Shown piece by piece: positions 9,958 to 19,617 of a stretch of DNA of 64,000 nt. The stretch lies in NCBI GenBank assembly GCA_965200315.1, contig OZ241362.1, positions 3,328,001 to 3,392,000 on the forward strand, given 5' to 3'. Origin of the DNA: Candidatus Latescibacterota bacterium. Lineage in GTDB: Bacteria; Latescibacterota; UBA2968; UBA8231. The position numbers and the translations under genes are program-made. The notes beneath the pieces were generated by a model. It saw only the letters and a list, made by a program, of their open reading frames with translations. It did no database searches and had not been told where the DNA came from. Each line of letters begins with the position of its first letter. The stretch's first letter is position 1.

Positions 9958-10411
9958 CTATCCCCGGTGCAGGACCTGCCCGCCCCGCGCCCCGGTCCAC
10001 GCCCCGTCTTCGAGCGTGGGCACACCGTTGACCAGCACGTGGACCATGCCCTCGGCAGTGAGATTGGGAGCGGCGATTGTGCCCCGTTCGCGGAAGGTCT
10101 GACCGTCAAACACGGCTAGGTCGGCCCAAGCGCCTAGGCGGATCGTCCCCCGGTCTTTCGAGGGTCACCCCTTGGGCAATCGAACTCATGGCCCGAGGGT
10201 CGGCCAGCAGAGTAAAATCGGAATGACTGTGGATGTCGATAAAACCCGGCGCGACCCACAGACCCGCCGCCTCCAGCACCCGGTCTGCGGTCCCGGGCCA
10301 GCGAGGTTCCACGTGTGCAATGCGGCCGTCTTTGATCGCCACATCCGCGCTCAGGGGCGCTTTGTCCGTGCCGTCGATTACGGTGCCGCCCCTGATGAGC
10401 AGATCCGCTGG
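9958..10411 (-). pseudogene. D-aminoacylase/amidohydrolase remnant (N- and C-termini only)
   Basis: DLLIRGGTVIDG...VAPGFIDIHSHSD...QGVT joined to C-terminal GMVHVLVNGV...GARGGQVLHRG*; the middle is missing. Confidence 0.75.
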
Positions 10412-11023
10412 CGCTGGGCTCTTGGCGGCTCAGCCGCCCTCCGCCGTGCAAAAAGAAGCGGGTGTACTGGGTCCTCTCTAGGGGCCACGCCTCTTCGCCC
10501 CGCCAAACATTTTCCCCCATGACGAACAACTGCACAGGTGCCTCCCGGTCAATGCCGCTGTCTAGGCCCTTGAGTCGCTGATCGTACCAGCGCAAATGCG
10601 CCTGCGGCATATCCACCCGGGCCGCGGGTCCAAAGTCCACATCGCCAAAGGGATCGTCGCTGCCGATCAGCGTATGGGTCCACGGCCCCACCATGAGGCG
10701 CGATTGCTCGCGGGCTCCCCGCCCCCTAGCCTGTTGCCGCCAGCCCTTGAAGCACTTGAAACCTTCGTGCAGCAAATTGTCGTACCAGCCCGTGATGAAA
10801 TAGGCCGGCCCGACTCGTACCGGCCCCGGCTGTCCTGCATGAGCACGGCGTACCCTTCTGCCACAAAGCGCCGGGGCCACTCCACGTAGCGGGGATGCTG
10901 GGTGCTGTAGGGTGAGCGGATCAGTAGCACGGGGAAGCGCTCTCCCGCGGCCGGCCGGTACAGGGCTCCGTAGAGCCGCACTCCGTCGCGCATGGGTATC
11001 GAAATATCGAGTTGAATGCGCAT
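10412..11023 (-). pseudogene. CocE/NonD family hydrolase remnant
   Basis: IPMRDGVRL...RSPY...QDSRGRYES, then a frameshift to PAYFITGWYD...GPWTH...FVMGENVWR...WP. The catalytic Ser region and C-terminus are deleted. Confidence 0.8.
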
Positions 11024-11240
11024 CCTCTCAGTACCTCTTGTCTTTGCCGAGGGGCTCGCCAGCGAGAAAGTGACGCAGATGGCCACCACATTGGTCTGGC
11101 CTTTACGGCGATTTAAGGTAGTTTAGCAGAAAAGTTGAGACAAGACAGTCCAATGGCCACCACTCGCCCCGCCAACTGGAATCGCATGAATCGCCACTTA
11201 GTATCAGCAACAGCAATGAAGAGAAGAGGATTTTGTCGAA

Positions 11241-11582
11241 ATGATGTTCAGGATTCGAAGATATCAGGTCGTCCCCGGCAAGACGGAAGCGTTCAACAAC
11301 TTCTTCCTAACGAGACTGTTTCCCGTCCAGAAGAGATACGGAGCCCGTCTCGTCGGTCGTTTTCAAACAGACGCTGGGCTTCAGATCGTCGCGGTATGGG
11401 TTTATCAGAGCTTTGACCACTACAAAGAAGTGCAGGGCTTGGTCGCCGAGGATGCCGACTCGATTGCGGCTCAAGAGTATCGACGACAGGAGTTGGATCC
11501 GCTTTTTACAGAGACGGATGAGTACTTTATGACCTCGACTGTACCAATGGCATTGACGGAACTTTCTCATTTGGAAGCATGA
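11241..11582 (+). CDS. NIPSNAP family protein
   Basis: RIRRYQVVPGK...YGARLVGRF dimeric alpha/beta barrel pattern; 113 aa. Confidence 0.75.
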   Translation: MMFRIRRYQVVPGKTEAFNNFFLTRLFPVQKRYGARLVGRFQTDAGLQIVAVWVYQSFDHYKEVQGLVAEDADSIAAQEYRRQELDPLFTETDEYFMTSTVPMALTELSHLEA

Positions 11583-11637
11583 GTGCGAGAACGGGTATTC
11601 GATTTTTCTTCGCCGTAGATCAAAACACAAAAAGAAA

Positions 11638-11797
11638 ATGGTAGTCCTAGAGCCGTTTAGCGAAGCAGACTGCGACAGGTTGACAGATTGGATTCCATCC
11701 AGTGACTTTCTTTTGCAATGGGCGGGGCCGGACTTTGAGTATCTTGAGGCATGAATGGGAAAGCAGTAGAGACGAACTAAGGACGGAACAGAAGTGA
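11638..11797 (+). pseudogene. Internally deleted GNAT acetyltransferase remnant
   Basis: MVVLEPFSEADCDRLTDWI...LQWAGPDFEY switches frame at TGAGTATC into SILRHEW...*. Confidence 0.7.
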
Positions 11798-11816
11798 TGT
11801 GGAGGTCTACCCAGAG

Positions 11817-12650
11817 ATGACCCACCCCCTCGTCCAAGCGGTCCTCACTCCCGAGGATCAAGCACTTTTTGAACAGCAGGGCTATCTCCTCGTCGAAGAT
11901 GCCCTGCCTCCCGATGTGCTTGCTGAACTCAACGAGGCCACTGATGCGCTCTACGTGCGCGACGCCGACGCTGGCCGGCTCGAAAAGGGCGGCAAGCTCA
12001 ACATGCGCAACTGCATCGTCGAGCACCCCGCCTTTCTCCAACTCCTCGACTGGCCCAGCACAGTCCCGCTGGCTTGGCAGCTCCTCGGCTGGAACATCCA
12101 GATGCTCACCTCGCACTTGATCGTCCTGCCTTCGGGCGACGAGCCGGCTGAAGACGAAAAAAACAAGCTTGGCTGGCATCGCGATGGCGGCACCTCGCCC
12201 CGCGAGATGAGCGAGCCGCACCCGCGAATTCTGCTCAAGATCGCCTATGCCCTCAGCGACCAGACCTCCCCAGCCTCGGGGGCCACTTGGATCGTGCCCG
12301 GCTCCAACCGCCTGCTCGGACGCCCGGCCACAGACCCCAAGACTGGTCTGCCATACGGCGCACAGGCGATGAATATCCGCGCTGGCTCGGCCTTCCTGTT
12401 TGAGCAGCGCACCTATCACTCTATCGGCCACAACTGGGCAGGCTTCCCGCGCAAGACCGCGTTCTTTGGCTATGGTTATCGCTGGATCAAACCCATGGAC
12501 TATATCGCCATGCCCGACGAACTCGTCGCCCGCTGCAATCCGATCCAAAAGCAGCTCATTGGCATCGTCGGAGATCCCTTGAGCTACTACTTGCCTCAGG
12601 ACGAAGATGTGCCGCTCAAGGCACTCGTCGAAACGGAAGCGGATCAATAG
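11817..12650 (+). CDS. PhyH family dioxygenase (ectoine hydroxylase-like)
   Basis: FEQQGYL, WHRD (HxD), IVPGSN and RTYH motifs. Confidence 0.88.
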   Translation: MTHPLVQAVLTPEDQALFEQQGYLLVEDALPPDVLAELNEATDALYVRDADAGRLEKGGKLNMRNCIVEHPAFLQLLDWPSTVPLAWQLLGWNIQMLTSHLIVLPSGDEPAEDEKNKLGWHRDGGTSPREMSEPHPRILLKIAYALSDQTSPASGATWIVPGSNRLLGRPATDPKTGLPYGAQAMNIRAGSAFLFEQRTYHSIGHNWAGFPRKTAFFGYGYRWIKPMDYIAMPDELVARCNPIQKQLIGIVGDPLSYYLPQDEDVPLKALVETEADQ

Positions 12651-12660
12651 AGGAGTACAA

Positions 12661-13419
12661 ATGGATAGCGTACGCGCATTGGACGCCTTGGGCGTCCGCG
12701 ACGACCTGCTGACCGAGCAGAACAGAAACGACCTCGACGAGAAGGGCTACACGGTACTCCCGGATATCATCGGCGACGAATGGCTTGCAGGACTGCGCAC
12801 CCGCTTTGAGGATCTGTGCGAGAAAGAAGGAGTCCACGCCGGTATTGAAGTCCATCAGGAGCAGGGCACTCGCCGCCTCTCCGACCTCTGCAACAAGGGG
12901 CCGGTCTTCGACCGCGTCTATACTCACCCCAAGGTGCTGGCCGCTATCCACCACGTCATCGGCCGTCCCTTCAAGCTCTCCTCGCTCAACGCCCGCGACG
13001 CCCTGCCCGGCGAGGGGTTACAGGGGCTGCACGCCGACTGGGGAGCAGACTACGACGGCCAGTTTCACGTCTGCAACTCGATCTGGCTGCTCGACGACTT
13101 CAGCGCGGAAAACGGCTGTACTCGGCTAGTGCCCGGCTCGCACAAGGGCCTGCACCCACGCAATGTTTTGGCAGACGCGCAGGCCCCCCACCCCGACGAA
13201 GATCTGCTCATCGCCCCGGCCGGCACGGTCGTCGTCTTCAACAGCCACACCTGGCACGGCGGCACCCGCAACCACAGCAAGGACCGGCCGCGCCGCGCCA
13301 TGCACTGCTACTTCACCGCCCGCGAGCACGGCCAGCAGCTCAACCAGCGCGAATACCTGCGCTACGAAACTTGGAAGCGCATCTCGCCAGCGGCGCGCTA
13401 TATCCTCGATGTGGATTAG
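12661..13419 (+). CDS. PhyH family dioxygenase
   Basis: LHAD (HxD), LDDFSAENGCTRLVPGSH and WHGG motifs; GAGGAG RBS. Confidence 0.9.
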   Translation: MDSVRALDALGVRDDLLTEQNRNDLDEKGYTVLPDIIGDEWLAGLRTRFEDLCEKEGVHAGIEVHQEQGTRRLSDLCNKGPVFDRVYTHPKVLAAIHHVIGRPFKLSSLNARDALPGEGLQGLHADWGADYDGQFHVCNSIWLLDDFSAENGCTRLVPGSHKGLHPRNVLADAQAPHPDEDLLIAPAGTVVVFNSHTWHGGTRNHSKDRPRRAMHCYFTAREHGQQLNQREYLRYETWKRISPAARYILDVD

Positions 13420-13495
13420 TGTGCGGCGGCCGGCCGCTCTGTAGCGGCGCCCCGGCTGGCTGGCCCTTTTTTTTCTCCGGATTGCTAAAGCGCCA

Positions 13496-13993
13496 ATGGG
13501 CATCCTCGACCGCTTCTCCCTCCTCGGCCGTAAGGCACTGGTCACCGGCGGCGGCTCTGGCATTGGGCAGGCTCTTGCCGTCGCCCTCGCCGAGGCCGGT
13601 GCGGATGTGGCCATCGCCGACATTGACTCCGCTGGTGCCGCTGATACTTGTGCTCGGATTGAAAATCTCGGTCGCCAGGCTCTAGCCATCGCTACAGATG
13701 TCACCGCCAAGGACCAAGTCGAAAACATGATCCATACCGTCCTCGCCGCTTGGGACCAGGTGCTCGACATCGACCTCAAAGCCGTTTTCCTCTGTTGTCA
13801 GGCCGAGGGTCGCGCCATGCTCCAGCGTGGCTCCGGCTCGATCATCAACGTCGTCTCGGTCTCGTCCCACATCGTCAACCGCCCCCAACTGCACGGCCAC
13901 TACAACGCGGCCAAGGCAGGGGCCTACCAGCTAACTAGAGTGTGCGCCGCTGAATGGGCCGCCCGCGGCGTCCGCGTCAATTCGCTCTGGTAA
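13496..13993 (+). pseudogene. SDR oxidoreductase, internally deleted and 3'-truncated
   Basis: TGGGSGIG and YNAAK are present, but the NNAG segment is missing (LAAW|DQV) and the frame stops at RVNSLW. Confidence 0.75.
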
Positions 13994-14063
13994 GGGGCTA
14001 GTCGTAGTATTTTCTTTCACCCCTAATTTGAGAAACCACGACCTGCGTAAATTTAATTTGTGT

Positions 14064-14077
14064 AGGTAATGTTACCT
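14064..14077. promoter_or_regulatory. Candidate operator palindrome upstream of the C5-MTase
   Basis: AGGTAA-TG-TTACCT in an AT-rich promoter region, about 15 bp before the ATG. Confidence 0.45.
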
Positions 14078-14092
14078 TACTAATATGTGCCT

Positions 14093-15322
14093 ATGGCAAA
14101 TCCAACACCCTCTGGAAGAATAGTGATCGAGATCGATCCAGAACAGAAGCGAGAGCTATATTCGGCTCTCGCGTTATCTGGCAGTACTCTCAAGGATTGG
14201 TTCATCAGGTCAGCAGCGGAATACTGTGCAGAAAGGCGCCAACTCTCTCTCTGCAACTACAATAGTCGTGATGCAGGTGCACCGTACGAAACCGCACCTG
14301 ATCTAGGGGTAGTTCCTCATGACCGTTCTAGACGCGGCTCTCATCTTCTCGACCGCGTGCCTCAGCTTGGTCTGAAGAAATCTCTCACTGTAGTATCCAT
14401 GTTCTCAGGTTGCGGAGGCATGGATCTTGGTTTCACTGGTGGCTTTGAGTTCATGGGCCAAAGCTACCCGCAGCTTCCATTTTCGATAATCTGGTCCAAC
14501 GACAACAACAAAGCCGCCTGCAAGACCTACACACACAATTTGGGGCACGACATCGCGTGTGGCGATGTATGGGATTTTATTGATGAACTACCGGGTAAAG
14601 CAGATGTGCTGATTGGTGGCTTTCCCTGCCAAGATATTTCCATTAACGGCAACAGGGCTGGCATTAACGGTCCCCGGACGGGTCTTTACCGGGCAATGGT
14701 GGAGGGAGTGAAACGAATCAGGCCAAAGGTCTTCGTCGCGGAGAACGTCAAGGGTCTCCTCATAGGGGACAATCGAGAAGCCTTAGCCCAAATACTCTCT
14801 GACTTCGGCAGTCTGGGCTACGCGGTCGGCTACAAGTTGTACCGGGTGGCCGACTATGGTGTACCTCAGATGCGCGAAAGAGTCATCATTGTAGGTACTT
14901 CCAGCGAGGTGAACCCTTTCACGCCGCCAGAACCTGAACGAAGTTCCTCCGAGTGGATAACTGCTGAGAAAGCAATTGGCGATCTGGAAACCGTCCAAGA
15001 GAATCGCGACTTGAACCATATATGGAGCCGGGCAAACCCTAGCCCAGAGCAGGGAAACCGCAGGCTTGCCGCCGACAGACCAGGCCACACGATTCGCGCT
15101 GAGTGTCACGGGAATATTCAGTTCCATTATTCGCTGCCGAGACGTATTTCCATGAGGGAAGCTGCGCGGATACAATCGTTCCCCGACAGCTTTGTCTTTA
15201 AGTCGGGCCTCAGGGAAACCGAGCGACAGGTGGGCAATGCAGTGCCTCCTGTATTCGCTTGGTATGTCGCATGTAGTGTGCTCAGGTGTTTCCAGTATAG
15301 CCCTAGCAAGCATGTCGCCTAA
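14093..15322 (+). CDS. DNA (cytosine-5)-methyltransferase with N-terminal RHH-like extension
   Basis: FSGCGG (motif I), GFPCQ (IV), ENV (VI), QMRER (VIII), REAARIQSFP (IX) and QVGNAVP (X). Confidence 0.95.
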   Translation: MANPTPSGRIVIEIDPEQKRELYSALALSGSTLKDWFIRSAAEYCAERRQLSLCNYNSRDAGAPYETAPDLGVVPHDRSRRGSHLLDRVPQLGLKKSLTVVSMFSGCGGMDLGFTGGFEFMGQSYPQLPFSIIWSNDNNKAACKTYTHNLGHDIACGDVWDFIDELPGKADVLIGGFPCQDISINGNRAGINGPRTGLYRAMVEGVKRIRPKVFVAENVKGLLIGDNREALAQILSDFGSLGYAVGYKLYRVADYGVPQMRERVIIVGTSSEVNPFTPPEPERSSSEWITAEKAIGDLETVQENRDLNHIWSRANPSPEQGNRRLAADRPGHTIRAECHGNIQFHYSLPRRISMREAARIQSFPDSFVFKSGLRETERQVGNAVPPVFAWYVACSVLRCFQYSPSKHVA

Positions 15323-15327
15323 ACAGA

Positions 15328-16332
15328 TCAGGCCTCGAATAATTCTTTCGATGGAATCCAACCCTGAGCATAGTCATCGGCTAGCGCTAGCCATTTGCAA
15401 ATTCTCTGCTCTGGCGCAACGACACATCCCCAGTACTCTTTGAACAAAGCCGGTTCGAGACGAGCGGCCGCAGTCCGTATCTCGCCTTCAATATCTTTTA
15501 GGGCACGCAGCAAGTAATTGCCGCCTCGCTCGGAGTCACTCCTAAGAGCGACGCTACCTGCCGAGAACAGGTCTCTTGTCTGTGAGCACAGTACACCGTG
15601 ATAGGTCAGCAAATAGAGTGCTGCATCATTATACTTGTTCTTGGAACGTGGCGGTTTCACGATCTGTGGACATAGAAGCGCTGCCTCAGCCCTCAGTTGT
15701 CTCTTCTCGTCTTGAGCCAGATCCATGTATAGACGGACTTGGATGGGCAAGGAGTGTGTTGAATCAGGTCGATCTTCTAGCCACCATAGCCGCTCGCCAG
15801 GACGCAGCCGACTTCGCGCATACTTGCGAATTTGAATCATCCGGTCTTCAGTCGAAAGCGCACGGAACTCGGCATACGAGATCCCCATTTTCGCGGACAC
15901 AGAGCGGTCGCTACCTATTTCGATCTCGAAACGCGGTACGTGAGATGTGCGGACATGGATGACGCAATCATCGTACTTTTCCCACTTCACCTCTGGTTGG
16001 CCGCCGAGCTTCCCGTACACTACATAAATGTTCGTCACCAAGGAATCAAGAGTGCTTTCAAAGACACTGTTGGCAACGCTTCGCCAGCTATCGCCTTTCG
16101 TAAACTTCACTTCTATGCCGTACGCACCGAGTGTAATGTCCGGGAATTGGTGAGGATGGGGAGAGAAGTCTACTGACTCAGTCTCTAGTTGGGGCATTGA
16201 AACAAGTTCACGTCGTACTCTCTCCTCAAAGTCGCTTGCTCCCGCATAAGTCGCGCCTTGTTGCGCCTCGAATGTTAGGTGCTGACATAGTTCTGATAGC
16301 ATTTCCTCAAATACGAGCGCATCCATAGTCAA
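15328..16332 (-). CDS. Putative type II restriction endonuclease (PD-(D/E)xK)
   Basis: FPDITLGAYGIEVK motif; convergent with the C5-MTase, stops 5 bp apart. Confidence 0.75.
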   Translation of the reverse strand: MTMDALVFEEMLSELCQHLTFEAQQGATYAGASDFEERVRRELVSMPQLETESVDFSPHPHQFPDITLGAYGIEVKFTKGDSWRSVANSVFESTLDSLVTNIYVVYGKLGGQPEVKWEKYDDCVIHVRTSHVPRFEIEIGSDRSVSAKMGISYAEFRALSTEDRMIQIRKYARSRLRPGERLWWLEDRPDSTHSLPIQVRLYMDLAQDEKRQLRAEAALLCPQIVKPPRSKNKYNDAALYLLTYHGVLCSQTRDLFSAGSVALRSDSERGGNYLLRALKDIEGEIRTAAARLEPALFKEYWGCVVAPEQRICKWLALADDYAQGWIPSKELFEA

Positions 16333-16461
16333 CTCGCTTATTGTAGCAGCCGAAGTATAGCGATGACTCGACCGAGATCGATATTAGACGAAATGAAAAC
16401 AGAAACCAGGTTGAACTGATAAAGTGCCGGCGTCTGCTTTATCTTGGGAAGAGCCTTTATC

Positions 16462-16813
16462 TCATAATTCTGGGCCTTCATGAGCGAGGTATGTCGCGCC
16501 AAAGATGGCCCGATCATTCTGGGGCTTCCCTGTGGATCTGTTCATCTCCTGAAAAGCAAAAAGATTCACCTCCGCATTCATAAGTTTCGAGTAAATTCCA
16601 ATTTCCTCTAGCGTTTCTAGGTAATCCCGCTTCCAATCTCTGGATAGCATGAAAGACAAGACCTTGTTGTTGCTCCAGACCTGCAATGGATCCCAATTCA
16701 TGTTGGGATCGTCGTTGTCTCGGTTCTTGATAAGCAGTGCCCATACGTTCTGTTCGTTCTTCTTGCAGCACTCCCCCAAGCAGTACTCGCCTATTACCTA
16801 TCTTATCGCCCAA
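16462..16813 (-). pseudogene. Hypothetical protein or fragment inside the R-M island
   Basis: AT-richer, protein-like 105-aa frame with no convincing start. Confidence 0.35.
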
Positions 16814-16817
16814 GCAC

Positions 16818-18149
16818 CTAGTCGTAGTACTCTTGCCCCAAGTGGGTAATTAGATCTTCGCCCTGCAAGAAGCGCAGCGTGTTCTTGAGCTTCATTAGCT
16901 GAATAAAGAGGTCGTGCTCGGGATAGAGGTCGGGCGCGGTCATCGGGCTTTTGAAGTAAAACGAGAGCCACTCTTGGACCCCTGCCATCTGCGATCGCTG
17001 CGCCAAATCGGCAAACAGCACCAAGTCCAAGACCAGCGGCGCGGCGAGAATCGAATCGCGGCAGAGGAAATCGACCTTGATCTGCATGGGCATGCCCAGC
17101 CAGCCGAAGATGTCGATGTTGTCCCAACCCTCTTTCTCGTCGCCGCGCGGGGGATAGTAGTTGATCCGCACCTTGTGGTAAATATCGCCGTAGAGTTGGG
17201 GGTAGAGATTGGGCTGCAAGATGAACTCCAGCACGTCGAGCTTGCTGACTTCCTTGGTCTTGAACGAGTCGGGGTCGTCGAGCACCTCGCCGTCGCGGTT
17301 GCCCAAGATGTTGGTCGAAAACCAGCCCTGTACGCCGAGCATCCGCGCCTTGAGACCCGGGGCTAGCAGGGTCTTCATCAGGGTCTGGCCAGTCTTGAAG
17401 TCCTTGCCGCCGATGGGTACGCCCTTTTGCCGCGCTAGTTCGACCATGGCCGGAACATCTACGGTCAAGTTCGGCGCACCGTTTAGAAAGGGAATGCCTT
17501 CTTGGAGCGCGGCGTAGGCGTAGATCATGCTCGGGGGTATGGCCGGGTGGTTTTCCCGTATGGCTTTTTCGAGGCTCTCGATCTCGTTGTGTACTTCGTG
17601 GTGCTGCATGAAAATCTCCGTGCTGCCACACCAGATCATCACCAGCCGCTCAATGCAGTTGTCGGCCTTGAAGCGCTGGATGTCTTCGCGCACTTCCAGC
17701 ACGGCATCCCACTTGCTCTTGGCGCTTTTGACGTTAGAGCCTTCGAGGCGGCGCACGTAGTTGCGGTCGAACACCGCGGGCATCGGTTTGACGGCTTTGA
17801 GCGGGTCCTTGATCTGATCGAGCAGCCTCTGGTCCAAGACGCCGGCGTGGATAGCCGAGTCATAGGCGTCCTCCGGGAAGACGTCCCAGCCACCGAATAC
17901 TAAGCTGTCGATGCCGGCCAGCGGCACGAAGTCCTTAATCAGCGGCGAGCGTCCTTCGGTGCGCTTGCCCAAGCGGATGGTGCCCATCTGGGTCAGCGAG
18001 CCGATGGGTTGGCCGATGCCGGCTTTGATGGCTTCGACGCCGGCGATAACTGTGGTGGCCACCGCGCCCATGCCGGGAATGAGGACGCCGAGTTTGCCCG
18101 TGGCCGGAGCGATGGATTCAGATTGGTTCACAAGAGTCTCCTTTTGCAT
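16818..18149 (-). CDS. ino1: myo-Inositol-1-phosphate synthase
   Basis: GMGAVAT, GKDFKTGQT, NILGNRDG and DSILAAPL motifs. Confidence 0.95.
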   Translation of the reverse strand: MQKETLVNQSESIAPATGKLGVLIPGMGAVATTVIAGVEAIKAGIGQPIGSLTQMGTIRLGKRTEGRSPLIKDFVPLAGIDSLVFGGWDVFPEDAYDSAIHAGVLDQRLLDQIKDPLKAVKPMPAVFDRNYVRRLEGSNVKSAKSKWDAVLEVREDIQRFKADNCIERLVMIWCGSTEIFMQHHEVHNEIESLEKAIRENHPAIPPSMIYAYAALQEGIPFLNGAPNLTVDVPAMVELARQKGVPIGGKDFKTGQTLMKTLLAPGLKARMLGVQGWFSTNILGNRDGEVLDDPDSFKTKEVSKLDVLEFILQPNLYPQLYGDIYHKVRINYYPPRGDEKEGWDNIDIFGWLGMPMQIKVDFLCRDSILAAPLVLDLVLFADLAQRSQMAGVQEWLSFYFKSPMTAPDLYPEHDLFIQLMKLKNTLRFLQGEDLITHLGQEYYD

Positions 18150-18212
18150 GGAAGAGTTATGTCATTCGCCGCAAGATAAAGTATAAAGTAGAGCGTTCTA
18201 TTCATTGAGCAA

Positions 18213-18236
18213 ATTAATTATTACTATGTAATTAAT
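18213..18236. promoter_or_regulatory. AT-rich inverted repeat upstream of ino1
   Basis: ATTAATTA-N8-TAATTAAT. Confidence 0.4.
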
Positions 18237-18302
18237 AGAAAATATTTATGAATCGTACCCAGTTAAAACGGGACGGGAGCGGAAATTGCAGAAAAATGGG
18301 AA

Positions 18303-19298
18303 TCAGGCGGCGAGGCGTTCTGGATCGGTGTCGCGCAGTTCCGCGAGGCGATCCAACAAGGGGCTTAGCTCCTTGTAGCTAGCGAGTTCGGCTCTGAGCC
18401 GCGCCGCGCCGCGCAGACCGCGAAAGTACCCGGCGTAGTGGCGTCTCATGCCGATCAGTGCCCCTTGCGGGCCGTCGTGCTCAACCGCCAGTCGCAGGTG
18501 CTTGAGGCACAGTTCGATGCGCTCCTGCCAGCTTGGTTCGGGCAAGAATGCACCTGTCTTTAGGTAGTGCTGGGATTCGCGGAAAATCCACGGGTGGCGG
18601 ATGGCACCGCGGCCGATCATCACCCCGTCGCACCCCGTGCTGTCGAAGGCAGCTTTGACCATCTGCGGCGAGGTCACGTCGCCGTTGAGAATGATCGGTA
18701 TGGAGACTGCCGCCTTGACCTTGGGGATCCATTCGTAGTCCACCGCGCCCTTGTGGCCTTGTGCGCGGGTGCGGCAGTGGATAGCCAGTGCCTGTACGCC
18801 CAGATCTTCCAGCATCTGGGCAACCTCGACGATGCGGATGCTGTGCTGGTCCCAGCCGAGGCGCGTCTTCACGGTCACCGGCAGGTGCGTCGCGCCGATG
18901 ACGCGCGAGACGACCTCCTTCATTTGCGGCAAGTCGCGCAGCAGCCCGGCCCCGGCCCCGCGTAACGCCACATTGCTCACCCAGCAGCCGCAGTTGATGT
19001 CGATGAAGTCAGGATGTTGTGCACTGGCGATCTCAGCGGCTTTCTCCATGGACAGCGAGGCCGCGCCGTAGAGCTGGATCACCAAGGGCCGCTCGGCCTC
19101 TGTAAAGCGCAGCTTGCGAAAAGCGCGGCGCGGCCCGTTGGGGTCTTCGCGCAGCAGCCCCTCGGCATTGACGAACTCTGTATAGACGATGTCGGCTCCC
19201 AGTTCCCTGCAAATCAGGCGGAACGGTAGCTCGGATACATCCTCCATGGGCGCGAGCAGGATGCCGGGATCAGCGGTTATCGGACCGATGCGGAACAT
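18303..19298 (-). CDS. dusB: tRNA-dihydrouridine synthase B
   Basis: LAPME, DINCGC, VKTRLGW, NGDV and DGVMIGRGA motifs. Confidence 0.92.
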   Translation of the reverse strand: MFRIGPITADPGILLAPMEDVSELPFRLICRELGADIVYTEFVNAEGLLREDPNGPRRAFRKLRFTEAERPLVIQLYGAASLSMEKAAEIASAQHPDFIDINCGCWVSNVALRGAGAGLLRDLPQMKEVVSRVIGATHLPVTVKTRLGWDQHSIRIVEVAQMLEDLGVQALAIHCRTRAQGHKGAVDYEWIPKVKAAVSIPIILNGDVTSPQMVKAAFDSTGCDGVMIGRGAIRHPWIFRESQHYLKTGAFLPEPSWQERIELCLKHLRLAVEHDGPQGALIGMRRHYAGYFRGLRGAARLRAELASYKELSPLLDRLAELRDTDPERLAA

Positions 19299-19302
19299 TG
19301 TT

Positions 19303-19617
19303 TCATTTTAGGGTCGAATAGGGCAATGCTTTCATCACCCGCACCTCGCGCCGGCGGATTAGCGGCCGGATCTGATCGACGATCTTGGCCCATTCCGGGC
19401 TGCCGTAATAGGCTTCAATCGCCTTGTCGCGGGCCTTGGCGTTGGGGAAGGCGCGAATCCAGATGAACTCGTCGTTGCGGTCGGGATTTTCCCACGCGGC
19501 GACAAACGTCACGCCGTACTTAGACATAAAGCGGCGCGCCTTGGTAAAGCCGGCGAGGAATTTCTTCTTGTTGTCGGCTCCCTTGTGGAAGCGGTAGATG
19601 CGCAACTCGTAGATCAT
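19303..19617 (-). CDS. NIPSNAP family protein
   Basis: MIYELRIY start after AGGAG; overlaps the upstream stop. Confidence 0.8.
   Translation of the reverse strand: MIYELRIYRFHKGADNKKKFLAGFTKARRFMSKYGVTFVAAWENPDRNDEFIWIRAFPNAKARDKAIEAYYGSPEWAKIVDQIRPLIRRREVRVMKALPYSTLK

Larger units (their letters stand above)
13998..16829. mobile_element. Small R-M island bounded by the 12-bp direct repeat CTAGTCGTAGTA
   Basis: Identical 12-mers at 13998-14009 and 16818-16829; the second is the last four codons of ino1. The interior has lower GC. Confidence 0.65.

Noticed and set aside
11307-12647. 446-aa minus-strand ORF
   Set aside because: Antisense shadow of the NIPSNAP and PhyH genes; expected in GC-rich DNA.
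15060-15135. Assigning a recognition sequence to the C5-MTase from TIRAECHGNIQF
   Set aside because: It recalls CGCG-type enzymes, but this cannot be supported without a REBASE comparison.
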